In this document: positions 16,026 through 34,749 of the stretch, piece after piece | Layout: every line of letters starts with the position of its first letter | Position numbering within the stretch: position 1 is the stretch's first letter | Assembly: GCF_009914755.1 (NCBI RefSeq) | Contig: NC_060937.1 | Reading direction: 5' to 3' (one strand) | Length of the DNA stretch: 64,000 bases | From: the human T2T-CHM13v2.0 reference genome, Homo sapiens | Notes under the pieces: model-generated | Seen by the model: only the letters and a program-made list of their open reading frames with translations | What the model was told of the DNA's origin: nothing | Database searches by the model: none | Program-made: the position numbers and the translations under genes

Positions 16026-17352
16026 CAGGCATACCTGGTTTTATTGCACTTCACAGATATTTTTTTACAAATGAGGATTGGTGGCAGTCCTGGATTGAGC
16101 AAGTGTATTGATGCCATTTTTCCACATGCACATGTTCACCTTGTGTCTCTGCCTCACATTTTGGTAAGTCGCACAATATTCCCAATGTTGTCATTATTTT
16201 TATATCTGTTACGGTAATCTGTGATCAGTGATGTTTGGTGTTACTGTTGTAATTGTTTTGGGGTGTCATGACTCATACCCATAGAAGATGGCAAGCTTAA
16301 TCGATAAATGTGTGTGTGCTGACTATTCCACCAAGTAGGCATTTCCTCATCTCTCTCCCTCTGCTTGGGCCTCCCTAATCCCTGAAACAACAACAATATT
16401 AAAATCAGTCCAATTAATAACCCTTAATGACCTCTAAGTGTTCAAGTGAAAGGAAGAGTTGTGCATTTCTCAGCTTAAATCAAAAGCTAGAAATGATTAA
16501 GCTTAGTGAGGAAGGCATGTCGAAAGCTGAGCTACATTGAAAGCTAGCGCTCTTGCACCAAACAGTTAGCCAAGTTGTGAAGCCAAAGGCAAAGTTCTTG
16601 AAGGAAATTAAAAGTTCTACTCCAGTGAACACATTAAAGATAAGAGAGTGAAATAGTCTTATTGCTGACAGAGGTTGAGCATCTCAAATCCAAACATTCA
16701 AAATGTGAAATGTTCTAAAATCTGAAAATTTTTGAGTGCCAACATGATGCTCAAAGGAAGTGCTCACTGGAGCATTTGAGATCTCAGATTTTTGAATTTG
16801 GGATGTTCAACCAATAAGTATGATGCAAATATTCCAAAATCTGAAAAACTCTGAAATCCAAAATACTTCTGATCCCATGGATTCCAAATAAGGGATACTC
16901 AACTTGTATGGAGAAAATTATAGTGGTCTGCATAGATGAAAGGAGCCACAACATCCCTTAAGTCAAAGCCTACTCCAGAGCAAGGCCCTAATTCTCTTCA
17001 ATTCAAAGCTGACAAAGAAGCTGCAGCAAGTTACCCAACAGATCTAGCTAAGATCATTGATTAAGGTGGCTACACTAAACAACAGATTTTCAATGAAGAT
17101 GAAGCAGCCTTATATTGGTAAAGATGCCATCTAGGACTTTGTAGCTAGAGAGGAGAAGACAATGGCTGACTTCAAAGCTTCAAAGGTCAGACCAATTTTC
17201 TTGTTAGGGGCTAATACAGCTAGTGACTTTAAGTTGAAGCCAATGCTCATTTAATATTCTGAAAATCCTAGGACCCTTAAGAACTACACTACCTCTACTC
17301 TGTGCTTTATAAATGGAATAACAAAACCTGAATGATAGCACATCTATTTACA
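16026..17352 (+). mobile_element. Tigger1 fragment (left end plus deleted transposase)
   Basis: CAGGCATACCT start; AATCAAAAGCTAGAAATGATTAAGCTTAGTGAGGAAGGCATG; ACAGATTTTCAATG...ATGCCATCTAGGACTTT. Confidence 0.85.
16670..16906. mobile_element. Tigger4a/MER46A (Zombi-type) MITE nested in Tigger1
   Basis: AGGTTGAGCATC...GGGATACTCAACTTG terminal inverted repeats; ~237 bp. Confidence 0.75.
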
Positions 17353-19736
17353 TATAAAACAAAGTATTCATTCTATGATATAATTGAAATACATTTGGAG
17401 TTCCTATCTGAAAACATTCTACTAAGCACTACAAAAGACAGAGAGAGAAGTAAATACGTAGGCAAGCATAGGCTCTATTGAGGTTAGAATTAAAATGACT
17501 ATTGTATAAGAAATGAAAATGTTTACATAAGTCACCATAAGTCCATTAAAACAAAATAATGTTTTAAAGGAAGGGATTTGAAAAAAAAATCCAAAACTAA
17601 ACCAAATGCTATAGAGAGTAAAAGGAAGGGTGGATTATAAATGATTGAGGGAATGTGGCAAGGCTCCATAGAGGAGGTGGTTTGGGTTGGCCTTAAAGGA
17701 TAGTTAGTTAGAAGGTTTTTTCTTTTTTTTTTTTTTTTCAATGTCCATAGGTTTCTATTCTCACCATCTTTCTGTTACAGGCGACAGGAATTTCAGAGAA
17801 CTTTTCTAATCACAAGCTCTCCAGAGTCCATCTGCAATGCCATGTATTCACTAGACCCGATCCAGATCCTATTAAAACTCAGCATACTGCTTAGTATGCT
17901 GAGAAGAAAGCGCTCATCAGTTTGATGCAAACTTCTCAGATTGGGCAGCTACAATTAGAGTAAATACAACTGTTGTATCCTAGAGACCAAGGCCAGCTCC
18001 CTATGACTTTCCCTTGGTGTTGCCACAACTGCCAAATAGGGATGATTACAAATCTTGTTCCTTTCCACAAAAGGGCTCTTATGAACTGTAATGATAAAAT
18101 ATTGACAAAACACTTTTGAATTTGTGGTTAAGATATTCCTGGAATATCTCAATGAACGCAGAGTTTTGGGTTTAAAGATCAAAGAATGAGGTCTAATAAA
18201 TGATGTATTTCAGTTTAAGGCTTAAATTATATCTTTCAGCCTCCACGATTCCTGGAATTATTCTTTGTATTCAGTTTTCTGCTAACAACTATTTGTGTGG
18301 TAGTTTTTTGAGAAACCATATTACTGGATTCTTAAATATCTTGTAAACTGCTCTCTATCTGCTAGTAAAGTTCTTCAGTGGTGATTGGATTAGATCTGTC
18401 TGAATATTTAATATCAGCAATACCCTTCATCGGTGGTAGTGAAATGCAAGGCAGGAGAAAAAATCCCTCTCACTGACTGTACAACTAAGCCTTCTGCCTG
18501 GTACCAACTGCACCAGTGAAACAGAAACTCAACAAATGCTTGGTAATCTTCATCTTTCTGTAATATCAACGAATATATCTTAAAACTTAGATAATTCGTA
18601 TATGGTTTCTTTCACCCAAATAGCCATCAGAGAACTACAGGCATAACACAGAGATATTCAAAGTTTCTTTCCAGTCCACTAAAATAAAGCAGATATTACA
18701 TTAAAGCATCACACAAATTTTTTATTTAATTCTAACCTCAATAGAGCCTATGCTTGCCTATGTATTTACTTCTGTGTCTCGTAGTGCGTAGCAGAATGTT
18801 TTCATATAGGAACTCCAAATGTATTTCAATTATATCATAGAATGAATGTTAAAGGATTTGGTCTGTCAATCATAAAACAATTCCCAGCTATGTTAATTTA
18901 TACTAATTAACTCCTCCCAAGGAGTTGAAAAGTTAAAATAGTCTATAATGGTATTAATTTATTTACTTATTCAGCAGATTTTCTTGAACATTTATTATAT
19001 AAGCCAGACAGTGGGAATATAGCAGAGTATAAAAAATAAAAGATGGTTTTGTTTTGTTTTGTTTTGTTTTGTTTGTTTCCTTGGGTATTTAGAAATCCTA
19101 AGGTAGTCAGTCCAGGGCTGTTCTATGGAGTAAAGCCTTGTCTAATTCAAACATATAAATCAATGCTGTAGCTCAATGTGTACCATTCATTAGATTGATG
19201 ACTTGGAATGTCCTAGGTAGAAACAAAATCTGATAGTATTTTAGTCATTGTGAGGTGTAGATTTTCAATAGGGAAGGCATAACTTAGCAATGACATCATA
19301 AATGGTTCCTAGGCAGAAAAAAAAAGAAACAAAATGACTTACACCAGTCCAGTCTATTTTTTTTAATTATGAAAATGATAGATTTCTTGGAAGGTCCTCC
19401 TAGGAATATTCCAGTCATATCTCATGGCCTGAAATGGATCCTATGGCCACCTGATATGGCAAAAGGGTCTGAGGAGATAATAAATTTTCATTGAGTATGT
19501 AATTATCCTGAACAAAATTTATTTTTGTTTCATTTTGTTTTAAGAAAGAAAGGGAGTGGGTAGGGTACAGGCTAAGGTGCTATAATTGAAAACCTCAAAG
19601 TGCAGTGGTATAAAAGTCTAGAGTTAAGTGGACACTCTAAGGCTAGTGGCATCTCTGCCTTCTTTAACTTATGGCCCCTACTTGTAGACCTAAGATGGCA
19701 TTTCAGTCTCATTCTAAGCATCTGGAAAAGGAGAAG

Positions 19737-19930
19737 AAACCAGAGAAGTACACAAACAGTTATTTTAAGGACAAATCTCACAAATGATACCCATTAATTT
19801 TATTTACAAAGCATTGTCCAGAACTTAGTCATATGGCCATTTCTAGCTTCAAGGGAAGCTGGGAAATACAGTATTTAGCTGGGCATCCCTGTGTCTAGCT
19901 AAAACGCTATTAATTTGGAAGAAGGAGAAA
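19737..19930. mobile_element. Old MLT1-type MaLR LTR fragment next to the L1 insertion site
   Basis: CCAGAACTTAGTCATATGGCCA...AAGGGAAGCTGGGAAATACAGT motif. Confidence 0.55.
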
Positions 19931-19934
19931 AATG

Positions 19935-24236
<4,302 letters not shown>

Positions 24237-24807
24237 ACAATGAGATCAGATGGACACAGGAAGGGATATATCACACTCTGGGGACTGTTGTGGGGTCGGG
24301 GGAGGGGGGAGGGATAGCACTGGGAGATATACCTAATGCTAGATAACGAGTTAGTGGGTGCAGCGCACCAGCATGGCACATGTATACATATGTAACTAAC
24401 CTGCACAATGTGCACATGTACCCTAAAACTTAAAGTATAATAAAAAAGAAAATAAAAAAAATTAAAAAAAAAAGAAAAGAAAAATGAAGATGGGGGTGGG
24501 AGGACCAGAAGTTTTACCAAAGACATCTCTTTTCCTTTCATGCACTCAGGGATCCTACAGTCAGCAACCCCTAGACAAAATCATTCAACAATCTAAAACA
24601 TGATTGTGTTGGCACCTAGCTTCTGGTTCTCCATCTTATACAAATAAATAGTCAACGAGGAAAGAATAGGCTCATTTGCTCCTTTATCTAATCATTAAAT
24701 ACATACTGAGCCCCAAATTCCCAGCTAAAACCCAAAGAACCAAGATCTAAAGAGGAGAACATTGCAGAAAGATGAGCATAAACAGCACATGAAGGTATGA
24801 AAGGTCA

Positions 24808-25183
<376 letters not shown>

Positions 25184-26004
25184 CTATGGAGTTGGAATTT
25201 ATTTCTTTAAGCAATACAAAGCTATAAAGACTTTGTAAATATGAGACAGCATTATCTGAACATGTGTTCTTGGAAGATTACCCTGCCAGTAGTACAATTA
25301 TTTGCTGCTAAGTGGAACTGAGGTTGAGCAGGGACTCATAGCATTACAATGGTCCATGTGGGAGGTGATGAGGGGCTTCAGTTGGGAGGAAGAAAGCAAA
25401 AGTGGGAGATGCAAATATATCAGGGACAGAACTTAGCAACTCACTCTATCTGAGGAAACAGAAGAAGATGAAGCAAATCAGACTGGCTAATCTGTATGAC
25501 TCGGGGTCTGGTACTGATATTGAGTAGAGGGTAGAAACACAGAAAGAATGGGTGTATGGGGAAAATAGTGAGTTCAGTCTTTACGTTTGAGATCTCATGA
25601 GGTGTCTGTGCAATAACTACAATATGTAACTAATAAAAAGGAGCATTTTATGCTATTTCACAGTTTGTAGCAACTGTGGGTATTCTCACATTGTTCTGGG
25701 AAAGTCTCCCAACTCAACATTTGCCTGCACTCGTTGTAAGCCCTTGAGAGACATTCAGGAAATTCCATGTGCTTATGACTCTAAAGTGCACACCCAGGAA
25801 AAGATATGTTATAATGCACTGTGTAAAGTCAGGGCTATACTATGCTGACAATAGGCCTGAAGAAGCCTGCAGCCCTCTAAGGACTTGCTCTAGGATATAC
25901 CATATGTGGGCATAGATTCCATGAAGAATACAAACACACCTAAGGGCAGATTTGGAACTTGCACCCAACAGTACAGGATATAGTGACATCCAGCTAAAAG
26001 AGAA

Positions 26005-26074
26005 AAAGGAAAGGAAAGGAAGGAAGGAAGGAAGGAAGGAAGGAAGGAAGGAAGGAAGGAAAGAAGGAAGGAAG
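26005..26074. repeat. (GGAA)n microsatellite
   Basis: 11 consecutive GGAA at 26018-26061, then AGAA, then 2 more. Confidence 0.95.
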
Positions 26075-26214
26075 GCCGAGAACACACCAAAAAGCCAGCA
26101 AGCTAGTTGTGTCTCTAGGAACCCAGTGGATAGTTTTATAATAATACTGCATCAAATTTCATTAAGCTCAAGATCTAAAAATCATCAACAATTTCATCAT
26201 AAGATGGAATTTGA

Positions 26215-26514
26215 GGCCGGGTCCCGTGGCTCATGCCTGTAATCCCAGTACTTTCGGAGGCTGAGGCGGGCGGATTACCTGAGGTCGGGAGTTAGAGACC
26301 AACCTGGCCAACATGGTGAAACTCCATCTCTACTAAAAATACAAAAATTAGCCGGGCATGATGGTGGGCGCCTGTAATCCCAGCTACTTGGGAGGCTGAG
26401 GCAGAAGAATCGCCTGAACCCGGGAGGCAGAGGTTGAAGTGCAGTGCAGCACGCCACTGCACTTCAGCCTGGGCTACAGAGCGAGACTCCACCGAAAAAA
26501 AAAGAAACAAAAAA
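26215..26514 (+). mobile_element. Alu (AluS-like)
   Basis: Dimer; TSD ATGGAATTTGA. Confidence 0.95.
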
Positions 26515-27446
26515 CCATGGAATTTGAGGCTCAGCCCCTAAAAGTCAGGAACACTGAACCTATACATAAATGTGTACCATAATAGAAGACCAACATCAAA
26601 GAGGATTTATCCTAAATCAAACTCTCTCTTCCTTCATATGTCTTTACACACCATATCTGACTTAGGTCATGTTCCTTTTGACATTCCCTTGTCTATTCTT
26701 CTGTTTTTCCTATCACTTTCCAACTTAGGCATTTCTGTTTTCCCTTACAGCTGGACTGGCATTCTAGCTCATCCTGGGTCTTTCTTTGTCTGGTTGGCTG
26801 CATTTGGAAGGACCTTGCTGAACTTGACCTCTGGTTATGCTCTGAAACTGTTCTCTTAAAAAGCTACCATGGAGTGGTCCTGCCAGCCCTGGCAATGTCT
26901 CACCACCTGTGCATCAGTGCCAGCCAAGTTGGAAGATAGGATGGATGCCTGCACACTTAAATTTTTAATTGTTGACATCTCTAAGTCTGGAAGTAATTTT
27001 GTCAATAATGTATTAGAGTTACATAGCTAGATTATTCTACAGTAAGTTTATGGGGTATACTCAGTTTATTTCATTCAATAAATTGTATAATAAACACAGA
27101 TCCAGAAATGGTGTTGAGTGATGAGATTATATTGATGAAAAGACACAGTGATTGCCTTCAAAGAGATCATATTCCGGTATGACAATATTTAAGAATTGTA
27201 ATATATTGTGTTAAGTTTCATAATAGGAGTTTGCAGTTTTTGTCACCTTCTCACCTTTCTCACTTGCCTCAGATAACAGACAAATCATAGTCTCCAGTAG
27301 ATTCGCTATATTTGTTATAATTGATTAGAAGACTTGATAATGAGAGAAGTCCAAACATGCTACTTTTCATGAGCTTTGTTTTTCTAATTAAACATGCATC
27401 ATACTATATCAATGACTAAAACAGCAATTTTTAATATTTGTTCAGA

Positions 27447-27738
27447 GGCCGGGCACAGTGGCACATGCCTGTAGGCCCGGCACTTTGGGAAGCTGAGGTG
27501 GGCAGATTGCATGAACCCAGGAGTTAGAGTCCAGCGTGGGCAACATGGCAAGACCCCATCTCTACAAAAATACAAAAATTAGCTGGGTGCAGTGGCTTGG
27601 GCCTATATCCCAGCTACTTGGAAGGCTAAGATAGGAGGATACTCTGAGCTAGGGAGGTCGAGGCTGCAGTGAGCTTGTGCCACTGCCCTCCAACCTGGGT
27701 GACAGAGTGAGACCTTGTCTAAATAAAATAAAATAAAG
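27447..27738 (+). mobile_element. Alu (AluJ-like)
   Basis: GGCAACATGGCAAGACCCC and GAGGTCGAGGCTGCAGTGAGC J-type diagnostics. Confidence 0.9.
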
Positions 27739-28799
27739 TTTATTCAGGAATCTCAGTCGGTGGGGGGGAATGGAGTCTTCCAATGTATTTGAGAGGATCT
27801 TCAGGTCAGTACCATTTTCATGATCAGAATTTTTGACATTTTCTCTCTCCTCCTTAGTGCCATGTTTATTAAACAAATTTTATAATAAATACAGATCCAG
27901 GAATGGTATTGGACAATGATGTAAAACTGATGAAATGCAGTGGTTTTCCAGAGACCATGTGAAGTGTGATATTGTAAAAAACAAAAAAAATGCAGAGTAG
28001 ATATTCTAGACAGTAAAGGGATTTTTCAAAAATGTTAAAAAGCTTGTTTTCACATAAGGGAAGGAGAAAGAATAAAATTATATTTCTTGGCAATCTGGAA
28101 AAACTTCCAGGAGGAGGTGAGGACCAGATTCTTTGACCATTGGTATGTCACTAGCTATATATTATAGTTTATATATATCTACTTCCTTGGGATCAACAGT
28201 GCAACATAAGAAGTTTCTAAAATATTAAGTAGGAAGCAGATGGAGATTCCTTTAAGTTCAATAGTCAAAGAGCAAATAAGAGGTCAATGCTGACTCCCCA
28301 GGCACAGCCCCAGTGAGATGCTTTTTGATCTGAACAATAACTCTATTGTAATTAACACAATTGCTGCATATATTCTTTTCTCAATTTATGGGCACAAGTC
28401 CCATGGAGTTAAAGGGATTTCAGTGCATGTGTCAAGGGAATATCATAGTAGCCTGAATTATTAACCTATATATTTATCAAAACCTTTTTACAAAGGGCTC
28501 TCTATATTTTTTAAAATTTGTATAACTTTGCAATTTTATATTTCAAATAAAAAGTTTTATTTGCACCTATCTATAATAAGAAACATTGCAAATTATTTTG
28601 AAATGAGGTTGTATATTGACAACATTCAGAGTATGCTGAATTTGTGCATTAACTCCATAATTGTCCCCAAGAAATCAATAAACAGATATTGCTCTTACAT
28701 GAGACAGAAATTTCTCATGAAAGCCAGAATGATTTTAACATTTGAATAATGAAAGCTTCTATTTAAATGCCATATTGCAGTTCAAATAACTCTTTAAGT

Positions 28800-29705
28800 C
28801 TGTAGAAAAACATGTACATGAATATTCACAGCAGCTATATTCACAATAGCCAAAAGTAGAAAATGATCCAAATGTCCATCAACAGGTGAATGGGTGAAAT
28901 ATACATCCATATAATAGAATACTACTCAGCAATTTAAAAAGTATCGCTGTTACAACAAATAAAGAAATTTCAAAAATCATCATGCTGCATAAAAGGAGCC
29001 AGACACAAATAGTACATATGGTATGATTTCATTTATATAAAATTCTAGAAAATGTAAACTAATCTATACAGATAGAAAGAAGATTGGTGATTTCAAGGGG
29101 GTAAAGGGAAGAGGAGCAGAAGGAAGGATGAACTGCAATGGAGTACAAGGAATCTTTTGGAGTGAAGAAAATATCCTATAACTTAATTATGGTAATGGTT
29201 TCACAGGTGCAGACCTTGTCAGAACTCATCAAATTGTGTTCTGTAAATGGATTCAGTTTACTGGGCATAACTTTGTATTAGGCCATTCTTTCATTGCTAT
29301 AAAGAAATACCTGGGACAGTAATTTATAAAGAAAAGAGGTGCAATTGGCTCACAGTTCTGCAGGCTTTACAAGAAGCATGGTTGCTGGCATCTGCTTGGC
29401 TTCTAGCAGGCTTTCAGTCATGGTGGAAGGCAAAAGGGGAAGCAGGCACATAACTCAGAGAAAGCAAGAGAGAGAGAAAGAGAATGGTGGGGGGAAGTGC
29501 CACACACTTTTAAATGACCAGAATTCATGAGAACTCACTCTCACGAAGACAGAAGCAAGCCATGAGGGATCTGCCCAGATGATCCAAATGCCTCCCAGCA
29601 GGCCCCACTTCCACCCAGCATTGGGGATTACAATTCAACATGAGATTTGGGCGGGGACAAATATCCAAACTATATCAACTTATACCTCAATAACATTGAT
29701 TTTTT
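28800..29705 (+). mobile_element. Old L1MB/MC 3' end interrupted by an MST LTR
   Basis: ATTCACAATAGCCAAAAG...CAAATGTCCATCAACAGGTGAATGG...TATACCTCAATAA. Confidence 0.75.
29274..29677 (-). mobile_element. MSTB-type MaLR solo LTR
   Basis: TGTATTAGGCCATTC...AAATATCCAAACTATATCA. Confidence 0.85.
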
Positions 29706-30165
29706 AATGTACTTTAACACAAATAAACTCATTTGCTCATCTAAACAATCCTGTGACATAGGAAAGAAAAATTGTAATCTTATTTTGTCAATAGAGAAAC
29801 TGGGTCTTGAGAAATGCAACAGCTTGACCATGGCTAATAACTCTCAGAGTTTCAGAAGATAGTTGTAAAGGATGGTGATTTTTAAATGTTTTCATGTGAG
29901 TTTTTTCTTTTTGTTATTTTTGTCAAGTGTAATATTCTATAGAAACCCATTGTATAAAACAGCAAAAGCTGGGCTGCTCCGATTGGAGCAGAGATGGCTA
30001 TGAGTGGGCCTGGAAGTGCTACCCCTTCCAGGGAAGGCAGGGCAGGGATGGTGCCACAGGGTCCTACACGATTTGAACTCCCTGAGGTGATGCAACCAAC
30101 ATGGATTCTGATCACAGACTTCTACTCTGTCGCTTTCTAGCTTGAAAGCCTATATTTGCAAATGA

Positions 30166-30553
<388 letters not shown>

Positions 30554-30884
30554 ACTTATGCCATTTTCTTAGTTCCTGTTTTATATAGTTTATGTGTTTT
30601 ATTTTGTCATTCTGATAATTTACTGCTTAACATAATATAATAGTATCTAAGTGTTGGATATTTTGAATACTCCCAAGAATGCTGGAGATGAAGAAAATCC
30701 CACTCAACAATGTTTCATGAAACTAATTACCTGGGAGAATTCATGAAAGTTGGGCCAGTGGTGTTAAATCAGCAGCAGTAGGAAAATCACTAAGCTAAAC
30801 CTGAGCTTTATCTTTGACTCCTATCTCTCCCATGTCTAGTCAGTCACTGCAACAAATTCACCCAAGTGATTTTCACTTGAGTAG

Positions 30885-31454
<570 letters not shown>

Positions 31455-32489
31455 TCAGCAACATCTTTTATCACATGCAACCTTACACTTTACCCTTCTG
31501 GCAAAATGAAACCTGTTTGGTTCCTCAAACACGTGACTTATTGGCTTCCCAACATGCTACTACTTCCTCCCCCAAACGTGCTACCTACTCCTCTTCATCT
31601 GACCTATCTCCTCTTCATCACCCATTCATGCTTCACCTTAGCTCTCACTTCTTTTGCAGGCCTTCCTTCCTGCCTTTTATCTCAGCCACAAGCTCCTCCT
31701 AAGACTGAATTCTTTTTTGCAACATAGTATTTATAGCCATATTGTATTAGCCATTTGTTAATTATAATACTCTTTGTGCCCATGTTATCTCCCTCAGAAT
31801 TATAAACTCCTCGACAGAAACATATCTTGCTTTTTCATCACTTTCTCCCCAACATCTAGCATAGAGCCTGACACAGAGTAAGCACTCAATAAATATTTCT
31901 CGAGTGAATTGACTGAATAAGCCATACAAATGGCCAGAGTGGATGGCCCTAGACTGCTTGTTGGTGCCAGATTTAGCTAACATATGTGCAGTAGATGGGC
32001 CACATTGCTTTCTTTCAAAATGAAGGTAACAGAAAATAAGTGTGGGTTCATGATTCAACATCTCTTCCGGTTGAATATTACATGGAATCGGTGAATCTAG
32101 TTCAAACCCCAAAGTTTTAATCCTTGTAAGAAGAATATACAGAAACAGTGTCACTTTCCAAGATATTCTTTCCCTGACAAGAAGGATTTTCTAGCACTTT
32201 AATCCATAAAGCACCTCTGTGATTAGATTTCAGATTCACTGTCGGTAAAAAGGCCCTATCCAAGGAGACTAACGCACGAAGGTTAAAGATGAAAAATACT
32301 GGTTAATTTTTAAGCATGTTAGGATAATTGGGCCCAACATGAGTAAATTGCTTTCATATGAAAGGCTTTGAGCAATTGTTAAATTATAAACATTGAAAAT
32401 ACATTTTCTGCATCCAATCTAAAAAGAAAAGGTTTCCATTTGTACAGCAAATTAGATTCAGGTATTTCTATAGGTCAGCATTTTCTTTC

Positions 32490-32520
<31 letters not shown>

Positions 32521-33896
32521 AAGCAGGGGAAGCTCTTCTGGTACTTGCTGTGTCTGATTCAAAGATGGAAAGGATTTGGTGACTGCGGAAGCCTTTGCCT
32601 TGCACTTGTCCCACAGCAATTACGCTGGAAGGGGTCCTAGACTTGTGGGGTGTGGGATGTGGGATAAATTTGGAGAAAGACCACAGTATGTAAACAAAAC
32701 CTGCCAGTTTTCCAAAATACCTAACCACAAGACTTCACATTTTGGCAGCTAGAAAGAGTCAAATATGCTTTATTCTGACAACAAATTTTATTCTCAGCGG
32801 GGAGAAATATGAATCCCAGTTCAAGCAAGAAACTACCAATAACCAAAATTAAAGGAATTTCGAAATATAGCCTCTGTAGAAAAACCTAGCAAGCCCACAT
32901 AGTGAGACAATATTAATCAAGAAACTGATGACATCAGTAGAATCCTTGAAGTGTGTGTAGATGTTCAAAATCCTTCAGGCTAAAATCTATGGAAGAAGAG
33001 TTATTTCTGGACAGATTATTAGCATTAAACTGGTTACTTTATGTTAATGAAATCTTCTAACTTGCAACATAAATCAAATGACAATGTGAGTCTTTAATAA
33101 TATGATTTTTAAGTTTGTAATGTTCTTAAAAAATTATATGTCATTGTTATATGGCTTGGCCCATCAGACACTTTAAAACAATTAGAAAGTCAAAAATAGA
33201 TCATCTATTTGAAAACATGATTATATTTTCCTAGAATTTCAATATTGTTGCTGATTAGAGAAAACAACTGGTTCAAATCCCAAATAGCTCTAAAGTTGTA
33301 GGATATCCACGCCTATAGGTCTTACTGACAACTCACATTTCAAGACGGCCAGGGAAAATGTTCATCTCTGCCTTTTGAAAGGAAATGGGCTGCAGGGTCT
33401 TCTTCCTGAGCTGGAGCTATCTTCCAGAGCTATCTTGCCAAGTCTGGAGATCCAAGGAAAGGTAAAAGTTCAGTTGACTTTAGGCGTACTGATGGCATTG
33501 CTTTGATTCATTTTCAGTCAGAGAAAAGGGGAAGTATGGACTAAGTGGTGTATGGTACCTTTGCTAAAATTCGAGGTTCAGAAGTGGGTTCTTTAAAATT
33601 TCCATAAAGCAAGCAGAGGGTGGGAGCATCTCCAGTTACTATCTCAGAAGGGACTTAGGAACTATAGGTTAGGAACTCTAACTATAAATAATATTGATTT
33701 ATTAAAATCCTATAGTGATTAGAGATAAAATGCTTTTTTAAAACAGTACATTCATTCACTGATTCTCCCATTTATTCAAGAAATATTTGCTGAATGCTTA
33801 CTATCAGCCCTTGCCTGGTGTTAACTCATCTGGCATTGAGGATACAACAGTGAACAAAAATGAGACATTCTCTACCCTCATGGAACTAGTCACTGG

Positions 33897-34184
33897 TTTT
33901 CTGTTTGTTTGTTTTCTGTTTTGAGACAGTCTCACTGTGTTACCCAAGCTGGAGTGCAGTGGCACAATCTCAGATCACTGCAGCCTCCGCCTCCCGGGTT
34001 CAAGCCCCCCGCGTAGCTGGGATTACAGGCATGCACCACCATGTCCAGCTATTTTTGTATTTTTAGTAGAGACGGGGTTTCTGCATGTTGGCTACGATGG
34101 TCTCAAACTCCTGGCCTTCAGCCATCTGCTCACTTTGGCCTCCCAAAGTGCTGGGATTACAGGCATGAGCCACTGTGCCCAGCC
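33897..34184 (-). mobile_element. Alu with small internal deletion
   Basis: TSD TAGTCACTG. Confidence 0.92.
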
Positions 34185-34605
34185 TAGTCACTGTTATTAA
34201 TGGCAGGTGTGTAATATATATGCATGAGTGTATGTAGATAAAGATATAGAGATAGAGAGACACAAACTCAGAATTTAAATACCCTCCACTTTTTGGCAGG
34301 AAGCCCCAAAGAGTTGAAGAGGAAGAGAGCCATGCTTCCCACCTTCCCACTGTGGAAATTAAGGGGAAATAATCACTCTTTTCCCATCTCCCAGCACCCA
34401 AGACCAGACATGCTCTACTCAAGGAATTTGAGCTTTGAGAGTGCATGACAATAGCTCAGAAGCAATAGAAACTTTTCAAGAATTCTGGTACTAAAAGAGT
34501 TCTGAATTCAGCAGTCTCAATGGTGAGGTTCTGAACAGACACGAACCCTGGTGTGGTCTGGCTTATCTTGCAGCGGCTTAGCCTCGGGCTTTCTGCCAAT
34601 TTCCC

Positions 34606-34749
34606 TTCCTTGATTTCTCGGCAATCTCATCTATCTCTCTCCTATACCTTTTAATGCTCCAGTTTAACAAAGTTGCTTTCCTTGGTTTCTCGGCAATCTC
34701 ATCTATCTCTCTCCTATACCTTTTAATGCTCCAGTTTAACAAAGTTGCT
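34606..34749. repeat. 72-bp tandem duplication (2 copies, 1 mismatch)
   Basis: 34606-34677 vs 34678-34749 differ only at 34613 A / 34685 G. Confidence 0.95.
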
